Shown one piece after another: positions 39,113-49,280 of a stretch of 64,000 nucleotides of DNA (positions are counted from its first letter, which is position 1; every line of letters begins with the position of its first letter). The stretch comes from Candidatus Bathyarchaeota archaeon. GTDB lineage: Archaea; Thermoproteota; Bathyarchaeia; Bathyarchaeales; Bathycorpusculaceae. Where the stretch lies: positions 1-64,000 of the forward strand of contig CAVZIW010000008.1 of NCBI GenBank assembly GCA_963775465.1, written 5' to 3'. The notes under the pieces were generated by a model. The model ran no database searches. It saw nothing but the letters and a program-made list of their open reading frames with translations, and was not told the DNA's origin. Position numbers and translations under genes: made by a program.

Positions 39113-39255
39113 TTACTTTTGATCTGTTATTTGTCGCTTAGGCTGATTTCCCTTTCTTAAGCGTGCCCTTATTTTCTTTAGCAAAGCCATATTTTTAATA
39201 GCTAAATAAACGAACATTAGCTATTAGTGGTTAATAAGCGAGGTTCAGGAAAAAT

Positions 39256-39927
39256 ATGGACCATAACACTAAGTTATTTGTTTCTGCAGTTGTACTTCTT
39301 TTATTTTTCTTAATTGCCGAAACTTATGTAATAGTTATCTTTCAAGCTCAGAACGCAAAAGATAGCGCTATTCGGGTTGCTTGTGTGGGTGACAGTATAA
39401 CTGCTGGTACCGAATACCCCGTTGATCTTTGGCAGTTGTTGGGTCCTAATTATGTTGTGGGAAACTTTGGTATCGGGGGAGCAACAGTTGCCTTAGGTAC
39501 GCACAGCTCTTGGATAAATGAAACTGGCTTTGGAGTTGCCATGCAATTTCAACCAGAAATAGTAGTCATTACTTTGGGAACAAATGATGCTAATTCCAAT
39601 TACAATGAGACAAATGGGCTTTTTAGTGAAGACTATTCTTTACTAATAACCGAATTTCAAGCACTTGTTAGCAAACCTAAAATTTTTCTCGTTTTGCCAC
39701 CTCCAATATTTGAAAATGACGCAAACCTAAGCCAATCTTTGTTTACACAACATGTAATTCCAAGCATTCGACAAGTTGCTATCCAAACTGGTTTGCAGCT
39801 TATTGATGCCTATACACCTTTGATTGATCATCCTGAGTATTTTGCTGATGGTGTACATCCAGACGTCGAGGGTGCCCACAAAATTGCGGAGGTTGTATAC
39901 GCTGCAATGACTTTAGATAACACATAA
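39256..39927 (+). CDS. Membrane-anchored SGNH/GDSL esterase 1
   Basis: N-terminal TM; GDSIT, NFGIGG, LGTND, DGVHP. Confidence 0.9.
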   Translation: MDHNTKLFVSAVVLLLFFLIAETYVIVIFQAQNAKDSAIRVACVGDSITAGTEYPVDLWQLLGPNYVVGNFGIGGATVALGTHSSWINETGFGVAMQFQPEIVVITLGTNDANSNYNETNGLFSEDYSLLITEFQALVSKPKIFLVLPPPIFENDANLSQSLFTQHVIPSIRQVAIQTGLQLIDAYTPLIDHPEYFADGVHPDVEGAHKIAEVVYAAMTLDNT

Positions 39928-40016
39928 TCGTCTTTTTTTTATAATCGTTTTTTCCAAAAAGCCTAAAACCATGATGCTTTAGGTATAATATAAAAAGCAT
40001 ATTTGAAAGTGGGCAT

Positions 40017-41129
40017 TTGACAGAAACGATAAAAAGTTGTCAAGAAAACAGACTATCTATTCCAGTTGATCTAATCCGAACATTAGCTATTGTAGGGGTA
40101 ATCTTTCTTCATGCTACTAACGATTTGACGCCGGACTCTATGAGTCAATTAGAAGTTGTTCGTTGGATCACGGTTGATGTTTATCAAAGCTTTGCTAGAA
40201 TAGGTGTTCCATTATTTGTGATGTTATCTGGCGCTCTTCTGCTTCAACCTTCAAAAAAGGAAAGCCTTCGCGTATTTTTCAAGAAACGCTGGGCTAGGAT
40301 TGGTTTGCCGTTCTTTTTCTGGGGGGCGCTTTATTTTGTGTGGCAATATTTCGCAAACAATCAAGAACTGACGGTAAATTCAGTCATCCAAGGTTATCTG
40401 GTTAGTCCTTATTTCCAGTTTTGGTATATCTACATGCTTGCTGGACTGTACTTGATCACTCCGATCTTGCGAATAGTGATCGCTTACGCAGGTGATAAAC
40501 TCATAAAATATTTTCTTGTCTTATGGTTTTTGGGTGCATCGATTATTCCTGTAATTAGTTACTTTACAGTTTATGATTTAAACAGTCTAGTTTTTACAAT
40601 AACTGGTTGGGTTGGCTACTATGTATTAGGGATATACCTTCTAAAAATTAGAATTCCTCGTATCATGATGGTCTCTTTACTGATTTTGGGGGTAGTTCTA
40701 GCTGCAATTGGGACAATCTATATGTCTTTTAATGTTGGAGGCACTGCATCCTATTACTTCCAAGAATATTTGAGTCCAACAATGATTCTTGCTTCTGTTA
40801 TGGCTTATCTTCTTTTGAATACGATCAAAATGCCTTCATATATAAAAAGATCTGATCTGACAATAACAGTGGCAGATCCGCAACAAAGCAAACCTTCCAA
40901 ATTAGGAAAAATGCTAAAGCTGATAAGCGAAAACACTCTTCCAATATTTCTGTTTCATTTAATGGTGCTTGAAACTCTTCAAAGAGGATACTTGGGCTTT
41001 GCCATTAACGGGTCCACCATTAATTCCATAATTGGGGTTCCTCTAATTACAGTTATTGCTCTGTTTCTTTGCTTGGCCGTTATTGTGCCTTTAAAAAAGG
41101 TGCCGGTCTTAAAGAAATTGATTGGTTAA
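40017..41129 (+). CDS. Acyltransferase-3 family (WecH/OafA-like) membrane O-acyltransferase 1
   Basis: DLIRTLAI..V...H, VPLFVMLSG, KKRWARI..PF, FWYIY, IFLFH; about 10 TM segments. Confidence 0.9.
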   Translation: MTETIKSCQENRLSIPVDLIRTLAIVGVIFLHATNDLTPDSMSQLEVVRWITVDVYQSFARIGVPLFVMLSGALLLQPSKKESLRVFFKKRWARIGLPFFFWGALYFVWQYFANNQELTVNSVIQGYLVSPYFQFWYIYMLAGLYLITPILRIVIAYAGDKLIKYFLVLWFLGASIIPVISYFTVYDLNSLVFTITGWVGYYVLGIYLLKIRIPRIMMVSLLILGVVLAAIGTIYMSFNVGGTASYYFQEYLSPTMILASVMAYLLLNTIKMPSYIKRSDLTITVADPQQSKPSKLGKMLKLISENTLPIFLFHLMVLETLQRGYLGFAINGSTINSIIGVPLITVIALFLCLAVIVPLKKVPVLKKLIG

Positions 41130-41155
41130 ACCATTAATGCAAAATTGGGCTCCAA

Positions 41156-41818
41156 ATGAACGATAAAAAGAAATGGTCAGTAGCGATAATTGCCACATTT
41201 ATAGTTGCAACTGTAATTGCTAGTTTTGGAATTATGGATATGCAACAAAAAAATTCACTCGTGCCGATTCGGGTCGCATGTGTTGGTGATAGTCTTACTG
41301 AAGGGACTGAATATCCTAATGACCTTTGGATGTTGTTGGGTTCAAATTATTCAGTTGGGAATTTTGGCAAAGGGGGCACAATGGTTTTTCTGAAATCTCC
41401 TAATAGCTATTTGAATGAGACTGTTTTTGAAGATGCTAAAGCCTTTCAGCCAAACATCATAGTCATCATGCTGGGAACTAACGATGCTTTGCCGGGTCTA
41501 AACGAATCCATTGATGAATTCGTACAGGACTATGAGGTGCTCATCTGCGAGTTTCAAGCTCTTGCCAGCAAGCCTCAAGTGTGGATTGTAAAACCGCCTC
41601 CAATTTTCAATAATGGAACAGGGTTAAGCACTCTGTTTTTTGAGGAAAATGTCTTGCCAGGTATCGAGAAGGTTGCTAACGAAACATCACTTCCCTTGAT
41701 TGATGTTTATTCCCGATTGATTAATCATCCAGATTACTTTGTCGATGGAGTTCATCCATACAAGAGAGGCGCGCAAATCATCGCAGACCAAGTATACAAG
41801 TCTCTTATTTTGAAGTAA
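41156..41818 (+). CDS. Membrane-anchored SGNH/GDSL esterase 2
   Basis: N-terminal TM; GDSLT, LGTND, DGVHP. Confidence 0.9.
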   Translation: MNDKKKWSVAIIATFIVATVIASFGIMDMQQKNSLVPIRVACVGDSLTEGTEYPNDLWMLLGSNYSVGNFGKGGTMVFLKSPNSYLNETVFEDAKAFQPNIIVIMLGTNDALPGLNESIDEFVQDYEVLICEFQALASKPQVWIVKPPPIFNNGTGLSTLFFEENVLPGIEKVANETSLPLIDVYSRLINHPDYFVDGVHPYKRGAQIIADQVYKSLILK

Positions 41819-41903
41819 ACGTCGAACAAGTTTTCGCTTTTCAACCGTAAAGCACAATTATTAGAACGCCATTTTACTCGGAAAATAAAATTGGTACCGC
41901 AGT

Positions 41904-42611
41904 ATGAAGGCTAACACAAAACAGTCGATTGCTTTGGCGTTGCTAATCTTGATACTATTGTTTGCTACTGTAACTTTTTTTGTTGTAGCTGCTATGAATC
42001 AAACCAAGCAAATTCGGGTTGCATGTGTTGGTGATAGTATAACTGAAGGAAGCGGGTATCCGTATGAACTTCAGTTAATGTTGGGTTCAAATTATGTTGT
42101 GGGAAATTTTGGAGTAAGTGGGTCCACAGTATCGCAAAATTCCATTCGACCCTACATGAATCAGCCCGCTTTTCAGCAAGCCAAGAATTTTAACCCCGAT
42201 ATCATCGTAATTATGCTAGGAACAAATGATGCTAACCCAGAAATTACTCAAGACGAGGATACATTTGATGCGGATTATTTGGAGCTAATCAATTCTTTTC
42301 AGCAGCTCGACGGTCGACAACTAATCTGGGTCATAAAGTCGCCGCCAATTTTTAGTACGACTTCAAGTTGGAACAATACGTACCTTACAAGTACCGTAAT
42401 TCCTCGGATAGATAGTTTGGCCAATCAAATGAACCTGCCAATTATCGACATGTATGAGACTTTTGGTGATCACGCAGATTTTTTTGCTGATGGAATTCAT
42501 CCCAATCATGCTGGAGCTTTATTGATCGCTTTCACGGTCTTTAATACTATAACAATGCCTGACGGTTCTCCTGATTGTTCTTATTTTGATATGGAAAACT
42601 TTGACTTTTAG
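41904..42611 (+). CDS. Membrane-anchored SGNH/GDSL esterase 3
   Basis: N-terminal TM; GDSIT, NFGVSG, LGTND, DGIHP. Confidence 0.9.
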   Translation: MKANTKQSIALALLILILLFATVTFFVVAAMNQTKQIRVACVGDSITEGSGYPYELQLMLGSNYVVGNFGVSGSTVSQNSIRPYMNQPAFQQAKNFNPDIIVIMLGTNDANPEITQDEDTFDADYLELINSFQQLDGRQLIWVIKSPPIFSTTSSWNNTYLTSTVIPRIDSLANQMNLPIIDMYETFGDHADFFADGIHPNHAGALLIAFTVFNTITMPDGSPDCSYFDMENFDF

Positions 42612-42693
42612 TTAGCCCTTTTTGATAATCTGTAGATTAGCCGTTTTATGCAAACTATTAATAGTAAATGCAATAGAAAGAGAATAGGTGTTA

Positions 42694-43782
42694 ATGGAGC
42701 AGAAAGCGTATCCCGATGAGGGCATCGCTCTTCCCGTTGACCTCATCCGCACAGTAGCCATCATTTTAGTTATTTTGCTCCATGCATCAATTGAACCCAA
42801 CCTCAATCTTAGCCAAATGTCGGCAGAAGGAGTTCAACTCTGGTGGGCATCCAACGTTTACGATTCCATTTCACGCACATCGGTTCCATTATTTGTGATG
42901 CTAACTGGGGCTCTTTTGCTTCAACCATTCAAGACTAATGAGCCTTTGCGGGTTTTCTTTAAGAAACGTTGGAACCGAATTGGCATACCTGTTCTGTTTT
43001 GGGGCGCGATATTTTTTATCTATGATTTTTCTGTAAAGGGACAAACATTAACTTTAACGTCTGTTTTGCAAGGGTTGCTTGCTGGACCGTATGTGCATTT
43101 TTGGTACTTGTATCTTTTAGTCGGTTTATATCTTATAACACCACTTGTGCGAATTTTAGTTGCTTATTCAGATTGGCGGCTCATAAAATATTTCTTGATC
43201 ATTTGGTTTGTGGGGACCGGAATTGTTTCTTTGCTTACTCTAAATGCATCAATCAGTCCTCAGGCAGTGTGGTTTGGAGACAACGTCTTTATTTTAACGG
43301 GGATAATTGGATATTTTGTTTTTGGTGCTTACGTGACCCGGCTGCGTGTCCGTCCATTACTTCTTTATTTGGGTTTAATTTCTAGTTCAATCTTTACGAT
43401 TTTTGGGACCTATTTTGTTATTCGCATACTAGGTGAAGCATATAGCCAGTTTTTCCTTACCGCTATTAGTTTTAACGTTATAATTGCTTCTATAACTTTG
43501 TTCTTAATTTTGGCAACTGTCCAAAACCGGACAATTGAAACGAAAATCCCTCGTGGAAACATTGTGCTTAGAGTAATAAGCGAAAATACACTTCCAATAT
43601 ATCTATTCCACATAATTGTGCTTGAAACGCTTCAGAGAGGCATTTTTGGCTTTAAACTAAGTGTAACAACGATAAATCCAGTAATAGAAATTCCATTGGT
43701 AACGGTCGTGACTTTGTTAATCTGCCTTGCTATTATCGTTCCATTGAAGAAGCTGCCTTATGTTAAGAGAATAATAGGGTAG
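42694..43782 (+). CDS. Acyltransferase-3 family membrane O-acyltransferase 2
   Basis: DLIRTVAI..VILLH, VPLFVMLTG, HFWYLY, IYLFH; paralog of 40017-41129. Confidence 0.9.
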   Translation: MEQKAYPDEGIALPVDLIRTVAIILVILLHASIEPNLNLSQMSAEGVQLWWASNVYDSISRTSVPLFVMLTGALLLQPFKTNEPLRVFFKKRWNRIGIPVLFWGAIFFIYDFSVKGQTLTLTSVLQGLLAGPYVHFWYLYLLVGLYLITPLVRILVAYSDWRLIKYFLIIWFVGTGIVSLLTLNASISPQAVWFGDNVFILTGIIGYFVFGAYVTRLRVRPLLLYLGLISSSIFTIFGTYFVIRILGEAYSQFFLTAISFNVIIASITLFLILATVQNRTIETKIPRGNIVLRVISENTLPIYLFHIIVLETLQRGIFGFKLSVTTINPVIEIPLVTVVTLLICLAIIVPLKKLPYVKRIIG

Positions 43783-43859
43783 CTGTAGTTAACCTTTTTA
43801 GGTTAGCCTCAAAAACAAGTCTTATGTACTTGGGTGAGTCATAGAGGAAGCGATGCAAA

Positions 43860-44231
43860 ATGCAAAACGATGCGGAAGGAAAAATTAAGCAAGATCTTCT
43901 CTTTGAGATACAAAATCTAGAACAAAATTATGGAGTTATCAAAGGTTTTGTTGCAGGAGCAGAGTACGATGTTGTAGTTTTAGGTACTAGTTTACAGACT
44001 TTTAAGGACAGTTTGAGTCGAGCAAGTGCATTTGTGCTTGCATTATACAATTTGAAGGGTAAACGGGTAAATATTCCGTGGGAGTCACTTTTCACAAGTT
44101 TAGATTATGCATTGGCAACATTGTCAACGGCGCCAAAGAAGGCTGCTGTTCAAGCTATATTGGCGATGGCTGATCCTCAAATGGAACAGGTGCTTTCATA
44201 TTTTGCTGCGTTAAAAGAATCTTTGAAATAG
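43860..44231 (+). CDS. Hypothetical helical protein
   Basis: 123-aa ORF, ATG start, no motif recognised. Confidence 0.7.
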   Translation: MQNDAEGKIKQDLLFEIQNLEQNYGVIKGFVAGAEYDVVVLGTSLQTFKDSLSRASAFVLALYNLKGKRVNIPWESLFTSLDYALATLSTAPKKAAVQAILAMADPQMEQVLSYFAALKESLK

Positions 44232-44331
44232 AAATCTCGGCTGAGCTTTCAGCTTCAACATTTTGGAGAAGATGGTTTTCATAATTCAAAGTTCAATGGA
44301 AAGTTTTTATTTAATAATGAGCAGTTAATTT

Positions 44332-45123
44332 TTGATGTTTTTTGTGAGCAAAATGAGTTTCAGTTTGTTACGTTTAGGTAACGTTGCTGCTTTTTTGATA
44401 ACGCTTGTCATTAATGGTTTAGCAGGAACTGCAATTCTAAACAACAGAACAACTGTGCAGGTGTCAGATTTGTATTCAAATCCTTTTACTCCCGCTGGGT
44501 ACGTTTTCGCTATATGGGGAATAATCTATGCTTTGCTTGCAGTTTTTATTATTTTTCAGGCTTTGCCTATAAAAAAAGAAGGTTTGTTCCAAAAGCAAAT
44601 TGGAGTTCTTTTCATCTTGAGTTGTGTTTTCAACTGTGTTTGGCTTTTTCTTTGGCAATATGATTACATAACCTTTTCAGTTGTGGCAATGTTTGGGCTC
44701 TTTTTGTCTCTATTGGCTATTTACTGGCGTTTAGCTATTGGGAAATCCAATGCTTCTCGAACTGAAAAAATATGTGTTCATTTGCCTTTTAGCGTATACA
44801 TTGGTTGGATAACTGTTGCGTCAATAGCTAATGTTGCTGCTGCTTTGGTTTCAGTGGGATGGGATGGATTTGGTTTAGGCGTTGAAGCATGGGCTATAAT
44901 AGCGATGGGTGTTGCGTTAATCTCAACTTTAATAGTTATCATTGCTCGAAGAGACTATGCCTTTAGTTTGGTCGTTATTTGGGCATTTGTGGGAATAGCA
45001 GTTAGACAAATCTCAAATCCAACTATAGTTTTAATTGCTGAAGAAGCCGTTGCTTTGATTCTGGTTGTGGCTGGACTTTCGCTTGTTGCGTCGATATTGA
45101 AACGTAGAGCCCTTAGGTCTTGA
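44332..45123 (+). CDS. TspO/MBR-like tryptophan-rich membrane protein
   Basis: FTPAGYVFAIWGIIY, N..W.F.W, PFSVYIGWITVA. Confidence 0.75.
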   Translation: MMFFVSKMSFSLLRLGNVAAFLITLVINGLAGTAILNNRTTVQVSDLYSNPFTPAGYVFAIWGIIYALLAVFIIFQALPIKKEGLFQKQIGVLFILSCVFNCVWLFLWQYDYITFSVVAMFGLFLSLLAIYWRLAIGKSNASRTEKICVHLPFSVYIGWITVASIANVAAALVSVGWDGFGLGVEAWAIIAMGVALISTLIVIIARRDYAFSLVVIWAFVGIAVRQISNPTIVLIAEEAVALILVVAGLSLVASILKRRALRS

Positions 45124-45177
45124 AAACACTTGATGCTAGAGTTAAGTATAACCCAAGCAAACATTTCTTGACTGAAT

Positions 45178-45531
45178 ATGGCTTATGTGCGTGACGAAAA
45201 AGAAAAATTTGAAATAGATTACCCGTTAGAAGTGATTTGGCAAGCAATCCCTGATGTTATTAAGACTTTAGATTGGGCGATTGAAGAGAAAGATGAAGTG
45301 GAGCATAGAGTCAAAATTAAGACCCAAAGGGGGTTTTTAGCTTACAGCACTATTATCCATTTAGACGTAAAGTCAGTAGATCAGAATAGGACGGTTATGT
45401 CCATAAACGGCGAAACGCCAGTAACCACTATAACCTCGATTCTGGATTTTGGTAGAACTCGTGATCGCATTGGGTTGTTTATTGGGGCTTTAGCTAAGAA
45501 AATGGAAGAGGAAAAAAAGGGAAATAAGTAG
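45178..45531 (+). CDS. Hypothetical protein
   Basis: 117-aa ORF with alpha/beta pattern. Confidence 0.7.
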   Translation: MAYVRDEKEKFEIDYPLEVIWQAIPDVIKTLDWAIEEKDEVEHRVKIKTQRGFLAYSTIIHLDVKSVDQNRTVMSINGETPVTTITSILDFGRTRDRIGLFIGALAKKMEEEKKGNK

Positions 45532-45675
45532 TTTTTACACAACATCAGTCTTAATTATTCAGCGTGAACTTGAGTTTTAGAAAATGTTAATTTTGTCATA
45601 TGAGCGTTAGCTGCTTAAGCATGCAAAAGAAGAGAAGGCTCTTTGGTATCTCAAATTAATACATAGGGGAAGCAT

Positions 45676-46089
45676 ATGAATAGTAAACCGCCAGTGCTGG
45701 TTAAGGATAGAATATTAGGTCTCATAATTTTAATTGCTGCCCAATTGCTCATCGGCGGTATCCATGTTTTCTTTGGTTTATTGCTTCTGTTATCTGAAAA
45801 CTTATCTTTTCTGTCTTCTTCAGTTGTCTATGATGTTTATACTTTCTTTTTTGGATTGCTGAGTTTAGTTTTTGCAGTTTTTCTTTGGAGAGGCGAAAAA
45901 GTGGGTTGGGTTGGCACAGTTGGGATTTCTTTTTTTGTAATTGTTGCTGATTCTCTTACGCTTTTGGATATGCCGAGCATTCCTGGGATTCCAAAGCTTC
46001 CATCCTATGCAGAGATTGCTTACAGCGTTTTAGTTGTTAGTTACTTGTCTTTGAGGCATCTGAGAAAGAGTTTCTTTAAGGAAAATTAG
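45676..46089 (+). CDS. Hypothetical four-TM membrane protein
   Basis: Four hydrophobic segments. Confidence 0.7.
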   Translation: MNSKPPVLVKDRILGLIILIAAQLLIGGIHVFFGLLLLLSENLSFLSSSVVYDVYTFFFGLLSLVFAVFLWRGEKVGWVGTVGISFFVIVADSLTLLDMPSIPGIPKLPSYAEIAYSVLVVSYLSLRHLRKSFFKEN

Positions 46090-46753
46090 GTGGAATTGAA
46101 GCGTTATTTGGATAACCTTGCTTTTCCCATGTTCCAAGGTAATCTGGGTTGTCGGATAATTCGATTTTTGTTGGCCATTTTATCCATTTGTAGCCGAATT
46201 GGCTTTCCGCAACAAGTTGGAAGGGGAAACCTCTTTCGGGTGGAAGCGTTATTCCGTTCATCTTGTAGGCCATGATTATGTTTTTGCTTGTCAGGTAATC
46301 GAGCGGGAGAGAGGTTGAGTAGCCATCGCTGGCGTAAAAGATTGCCGCAACTGCATTGGAGTTAACTCCTACTTCATTTAATAGGTCGCTTACAAGGAAC
46401 CCTTCCCAGAGGATTTTTGCAGACCACCCTTGAACGCAGTGGAGAGTCACGACTTTTTGATAGCTCTGAAAACCATCAAGCACTTCATTATAAGATAATT
46501 CTAATGTTTTGTTCACTAATCCAGTGACTTCCAACCGATAGGTTGAGATATTGAAGTGTTGGGTTCCTCTGATTGCGTTGTTAACAACGTCGTTGATTAA
46601 TGACAAGTTTTGGCCTTGATAGTCGGTGACTTCCCCTGGATAGAGCATTTTGGGTTGGTTCTGATAGTAGTTAACTCCCACGAAGAACAGGGCTAAAAAT
46701 GCAAAGGCGAAGAAAACTGCAATCCATTGTCGAAAACGCTTAATCTTTTCCAT
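46076..46753 (-). CDS. Membrane-anchored molybdopterin oxidoreductase (sulfite oxidase/MsrP family)
   Basis: LEVTGLV, LHCVQGWS, W.G, DGYSTSLP, NG..LPPERGFP, GYKWIKW, G.WE..GY. Confidence 0.88.
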   Translation of the reverse strand: MEKIKRFRQWIAVFFAFAFLALFFVGVNYYQNQPKMLYPGEVTDYQGQNLSLINDVVNNAIRGTQHFNISTYRLEVTGLVNKTLELSYNEVLDGFQSYQKVVTLHCVQGWSAKILWEGFLVSDLLNEVGVNSNAVAAIFYASDGYSTSLPLDYLTSKNIIMAYKMNGITLPPERGFPFQLVAESQFGYKWIKWPTKIELSDNPDYLGTWEKQGYPNNASIPPNFP

Positions 46754-46874
46754 AAAAGCTTCAATTATAAAAACGGGAAGACAAGGGTTTAAACATACCT
46801 GAAAGATGTTTCGGAAGAAATCTTTCTGTTAGAGAGCAGTTTCCGTTTTTGTAGGCAGAACTTTTTAGTATGCG

Positions 46875-47096
46875 CTATTTTGCTGTTGTTCGTTTCATCC
46901 AATCATGAGCAAAGATCTCTGATTTGCCGTTTTCGATTCCTTCAACTTTGCGTTGGGCGATGTTTTCGGATATATCTGCTTTTGCCCATACTTCTTGTGC
47001 TTCTGAGTTTTCCTCCCATTGTTGGGTTGAAGCGTCTTTGATCGTGTTTTTTTCAAAGTCAGTTAGAGTAATGTTAGGGTAGCGCGCGCGTCCCAA
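46875..47096 (-). CDS. Possible small hypothetical protein
   Basis: TTG start 2 nt after the toprim gene stop; no motif recognised. Confidence 0.35.
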   Translation of the reverse strand: MGRARYPNITLTDFEKNTIKDASTQQWEENSEAQEVWAKADISENIAQRKVEGIENGKSEIFAHDWMKRTTAK

Positions 47097-47098
47097 AA

Positions 47099-47515
47099 TT
47101 AAAGTGCTTGAGCTTTTTCGCGGAGGGTTTGAAGATAGTTGGGTAAGCTCTCAATGAACTGATTTTCATGTCCAGTTAACCCACGCAGGTCCTTCCAGAA
47201 CCGTAAGTTAACCTTGATTTTTAATCGTTCCAAATCACATTTTAAGCGTTTTGTGCCTTCTCTGCCGCGTCTATCAAAATCTAACAATAGTATAATCTGG
47301 GGGCTGTGGAGCTTTTCTATTTCTGTTGTTGCTTCAAGAAAGCTTTTGCCACCTGTTTTCACGGTTAAAACTTTTCCTCTAACGCCTAAGTCTATTAGGG
47401 CTTGGGCGTCTTTTTTGCCTTCAACAACAATGGGCTTGTTTTTCGCTGTTTCTTCGGCGAGTTTAGCTATGATTTGTTCGATTTTTTCAACTTTCTCTTT
47501 AAGATGAGTTGACAA
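47099..47515 (-). CDS. Small Toprim-domain protein (RNase M5/primase-like)
   Basis: IVVEGKKD, LLDFDRRG, IESL. Confidence 0.88.
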   Translation of the reverse strand: MSTHLKEKVEKIEQIIAKLAEETAKNKPIVVEGKKDAQALIDLGVRGKVLTVKTGGKSFLEATTEIEKLHSPQIILLLDFDRRGREGTKRLKCDLERLKIKVNLRFWKDLRGLTGHENQFIESLPNYLQTLREKAQAL

Positions 47516-47519
47516 TATT

Positions 47520-48608
47520 CTACCTTGTAATTTTTGCTTTTCGAACCGTCTCTAGGCATTCTTTGGCTTGCTCGTTGTTTTCGAAGTAGCGTCTAACTGG
47601 TTCTAGGATTTCTGCGAGTTCTGAAGCGACACCATTTTTAAGATCCATTGGATGTAGTTTGCCTTCGGTGAATGCGTTTTCAAGTTCTTGGATGTTCTGA
47701 AATTCTATGTTTCCGCCGAATTTTGTTGGGCGCTCGATTTTAAAGACTGATTTTTCTCGGAATATTATATATCGGCAGATGTCGATGATGGGGTTGAATT
47801 TGATGGTTCGTTCTGGGCAGAAGGCTTTTCCCATTTTTTGTTTGATCTCTTGGGGGGAGTCGTAGATGAATATGCATGTGTCAGGTTTGCTTTTTGACAT
47901 TTTGGCTGATGCCACTGCTTCTTTTTCTTGTCCTTCGGGGATTGGCCAGACTTTTGGTTTCTCTAAGCCTTGAAGTAGATGGTGGTGGACGCATACGGGT
48001 TTCCAGCAGCCGATTTTTTCGCCGATTTCCCTGCCGACCATGTTGGCTTTTCGTTGGTCCATGCCTAGCTGGCAGATTTTGACTTTCATGTGGAATATGT
48101 CGGCAACTTGCATTGGCGTGTAGAGGTAGTCGCTTACGTAGTGGGCTTCGCCTTCTTTTCTACCTGCGATTTCAAGTGTTCGGGTTGTTCGGGCCAGAGT
48201 TAGGTTTTTGGCGATTATGACGGTTTTTGCCCAGTAGTCTATGTCTTTGTATAGCTCGTCTGAGTAAATGAATTCTATTTTGTCTTCTGGGACTCCGAGT
48301 GCTATCCATGAGTGGCGAAATAGGTCAGCGGCTTTTCGAATAAGTTCGAGGTCGCCGCCTAATTTGTTGTTTAACCAAGCGTGCCATGTGGCGAGGAAAG
48401 CCTTGAAGTGTAGGCCTGCTTCTGCGAAGTCTTTCATTTTGTAGGCGCAGATTACTCCTGTTCCTAGGTGGGCAAGTCCTGAGGGTTCCCAGCCGTTGTA
48501 GGCGATGGGATGTTCTTCGTTTTCTAAGAGTTGGCGCAGGTCATCTGGGGTTACGACTTCTTCGGTTGGGGGTCTGCAGATTAATTCGATTTTCTTTTCT
48601 ATGTCCAA
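47520..48608 (-). CDS. tyrS: Tyrosine--tRNA ligase
   Basis: YNGWEPSG..HLG, YTPMQVADI, GMDQRK, KMSKS, LHPMDLK. Confidence 0.96.
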   Translation of the reverse strand: MDIEKKIELICRPPTEEVVTPDDLRQLLENEEHPIAYNGWEPSGLAHLGTGVICAYKMKDFAEAGLHFKAFLATWHAWLNNKLGGDLELIRKAADLFRHSWIALGVPEDKIEFIYSDELYKDIDYWAKTVIIAKNLTLARTTRTLEIAGRKEGEAHYVSDYLYTPMQVADIFHMKVKICQLGMDQRKANMVGREIGEKIGCWKPVCVHHHLLQGLEKPKVWPIPEGQEKEAVASAKMSKSKPDTCIFIYDSPQEIKQKMGKAFCPERTIKFNPIIDICRYIIFREKSVFKIERPTKFGGNIEFQNIQELENAFTEGKLHPMDLKNGVASELAEILEPVRRYFENNEQAKECLETVRKAKITR

Positions 48609-48742
48609 GTGGATCAGCTCTTGTAGTTGTTAGCTGTAATTGTTTTGTTGAACTTATAATTTTAGTGTGGGTTTCTATCTTGGAAGGTTAGCAGCCTCTT
48701 TTTGCTTTTTTTCTTTAATGCCGCTTGAAATCTTCAAGAAGA

Positions 48743-48995
48743 ATAACAACATTTAACCAACACCACACGCCTCTTTTAGTTGTCTCACCGAAATTGAGCA
48801 CCCATAACGACGGACTCAACAGAGGAACGTAAGAAACACAAATCTTGCACCAATGACGAGCGAGTTCTACCCAATTATGGAACAGGTGAGACACGGGCGC
48901 AAAAAATTCCCGCGCCGAGAGAGCTTAACCAAGCTAAAAGCGACGCTCAGCTATGAGGTTAAGTGTTTGGTTACGTCGGGAGACAAACAGCCCGG
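48743..48995. ncRNA. Possible structured non-coding RNA (nested helices), strand unresolved
   Basis: Nested complementarities 48748-58/48957-67, 48773-80/48933-40 and 48781-89/48885-93, plus internal hairpins; no credible ORF. Confidence 0.45.
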
Positions 48996-49280
48996 AAGAT
49001 TAGGGATTGAAGGGAAAATCTGGAAAATTTGTTATCTGGTGGAAGAAGAAACTTTAATTTTTCTATATTATGTGGGGGCTATTAAGTTGGCTTTTTATAT
49101 TGGGGTTTGGTGCGTTTGCAGGTTTAGGTTTAACGATTTAGAAAGGTGGGCACGCTTCGGTTTTTCTAGTTGTCGACAAATGCAGGACAAAGGTTGAGAC
49201 AACTCTAATTGTGCAGTATTTATCAAGCCGATATTTTATTAAGCGAAAAATCTTTTTCCATTAAAGAGAGGGGGTAGTTA

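Noticed and set aside
48912-49000. Partial likeness to the ykkC riboswitch (CCGAGAG ... GGGA..AAA.AGCCCGG) or a T-box
   Set aside because: The 5' CUAGGGUUCCG element and the T-box UGGNACC are missing.
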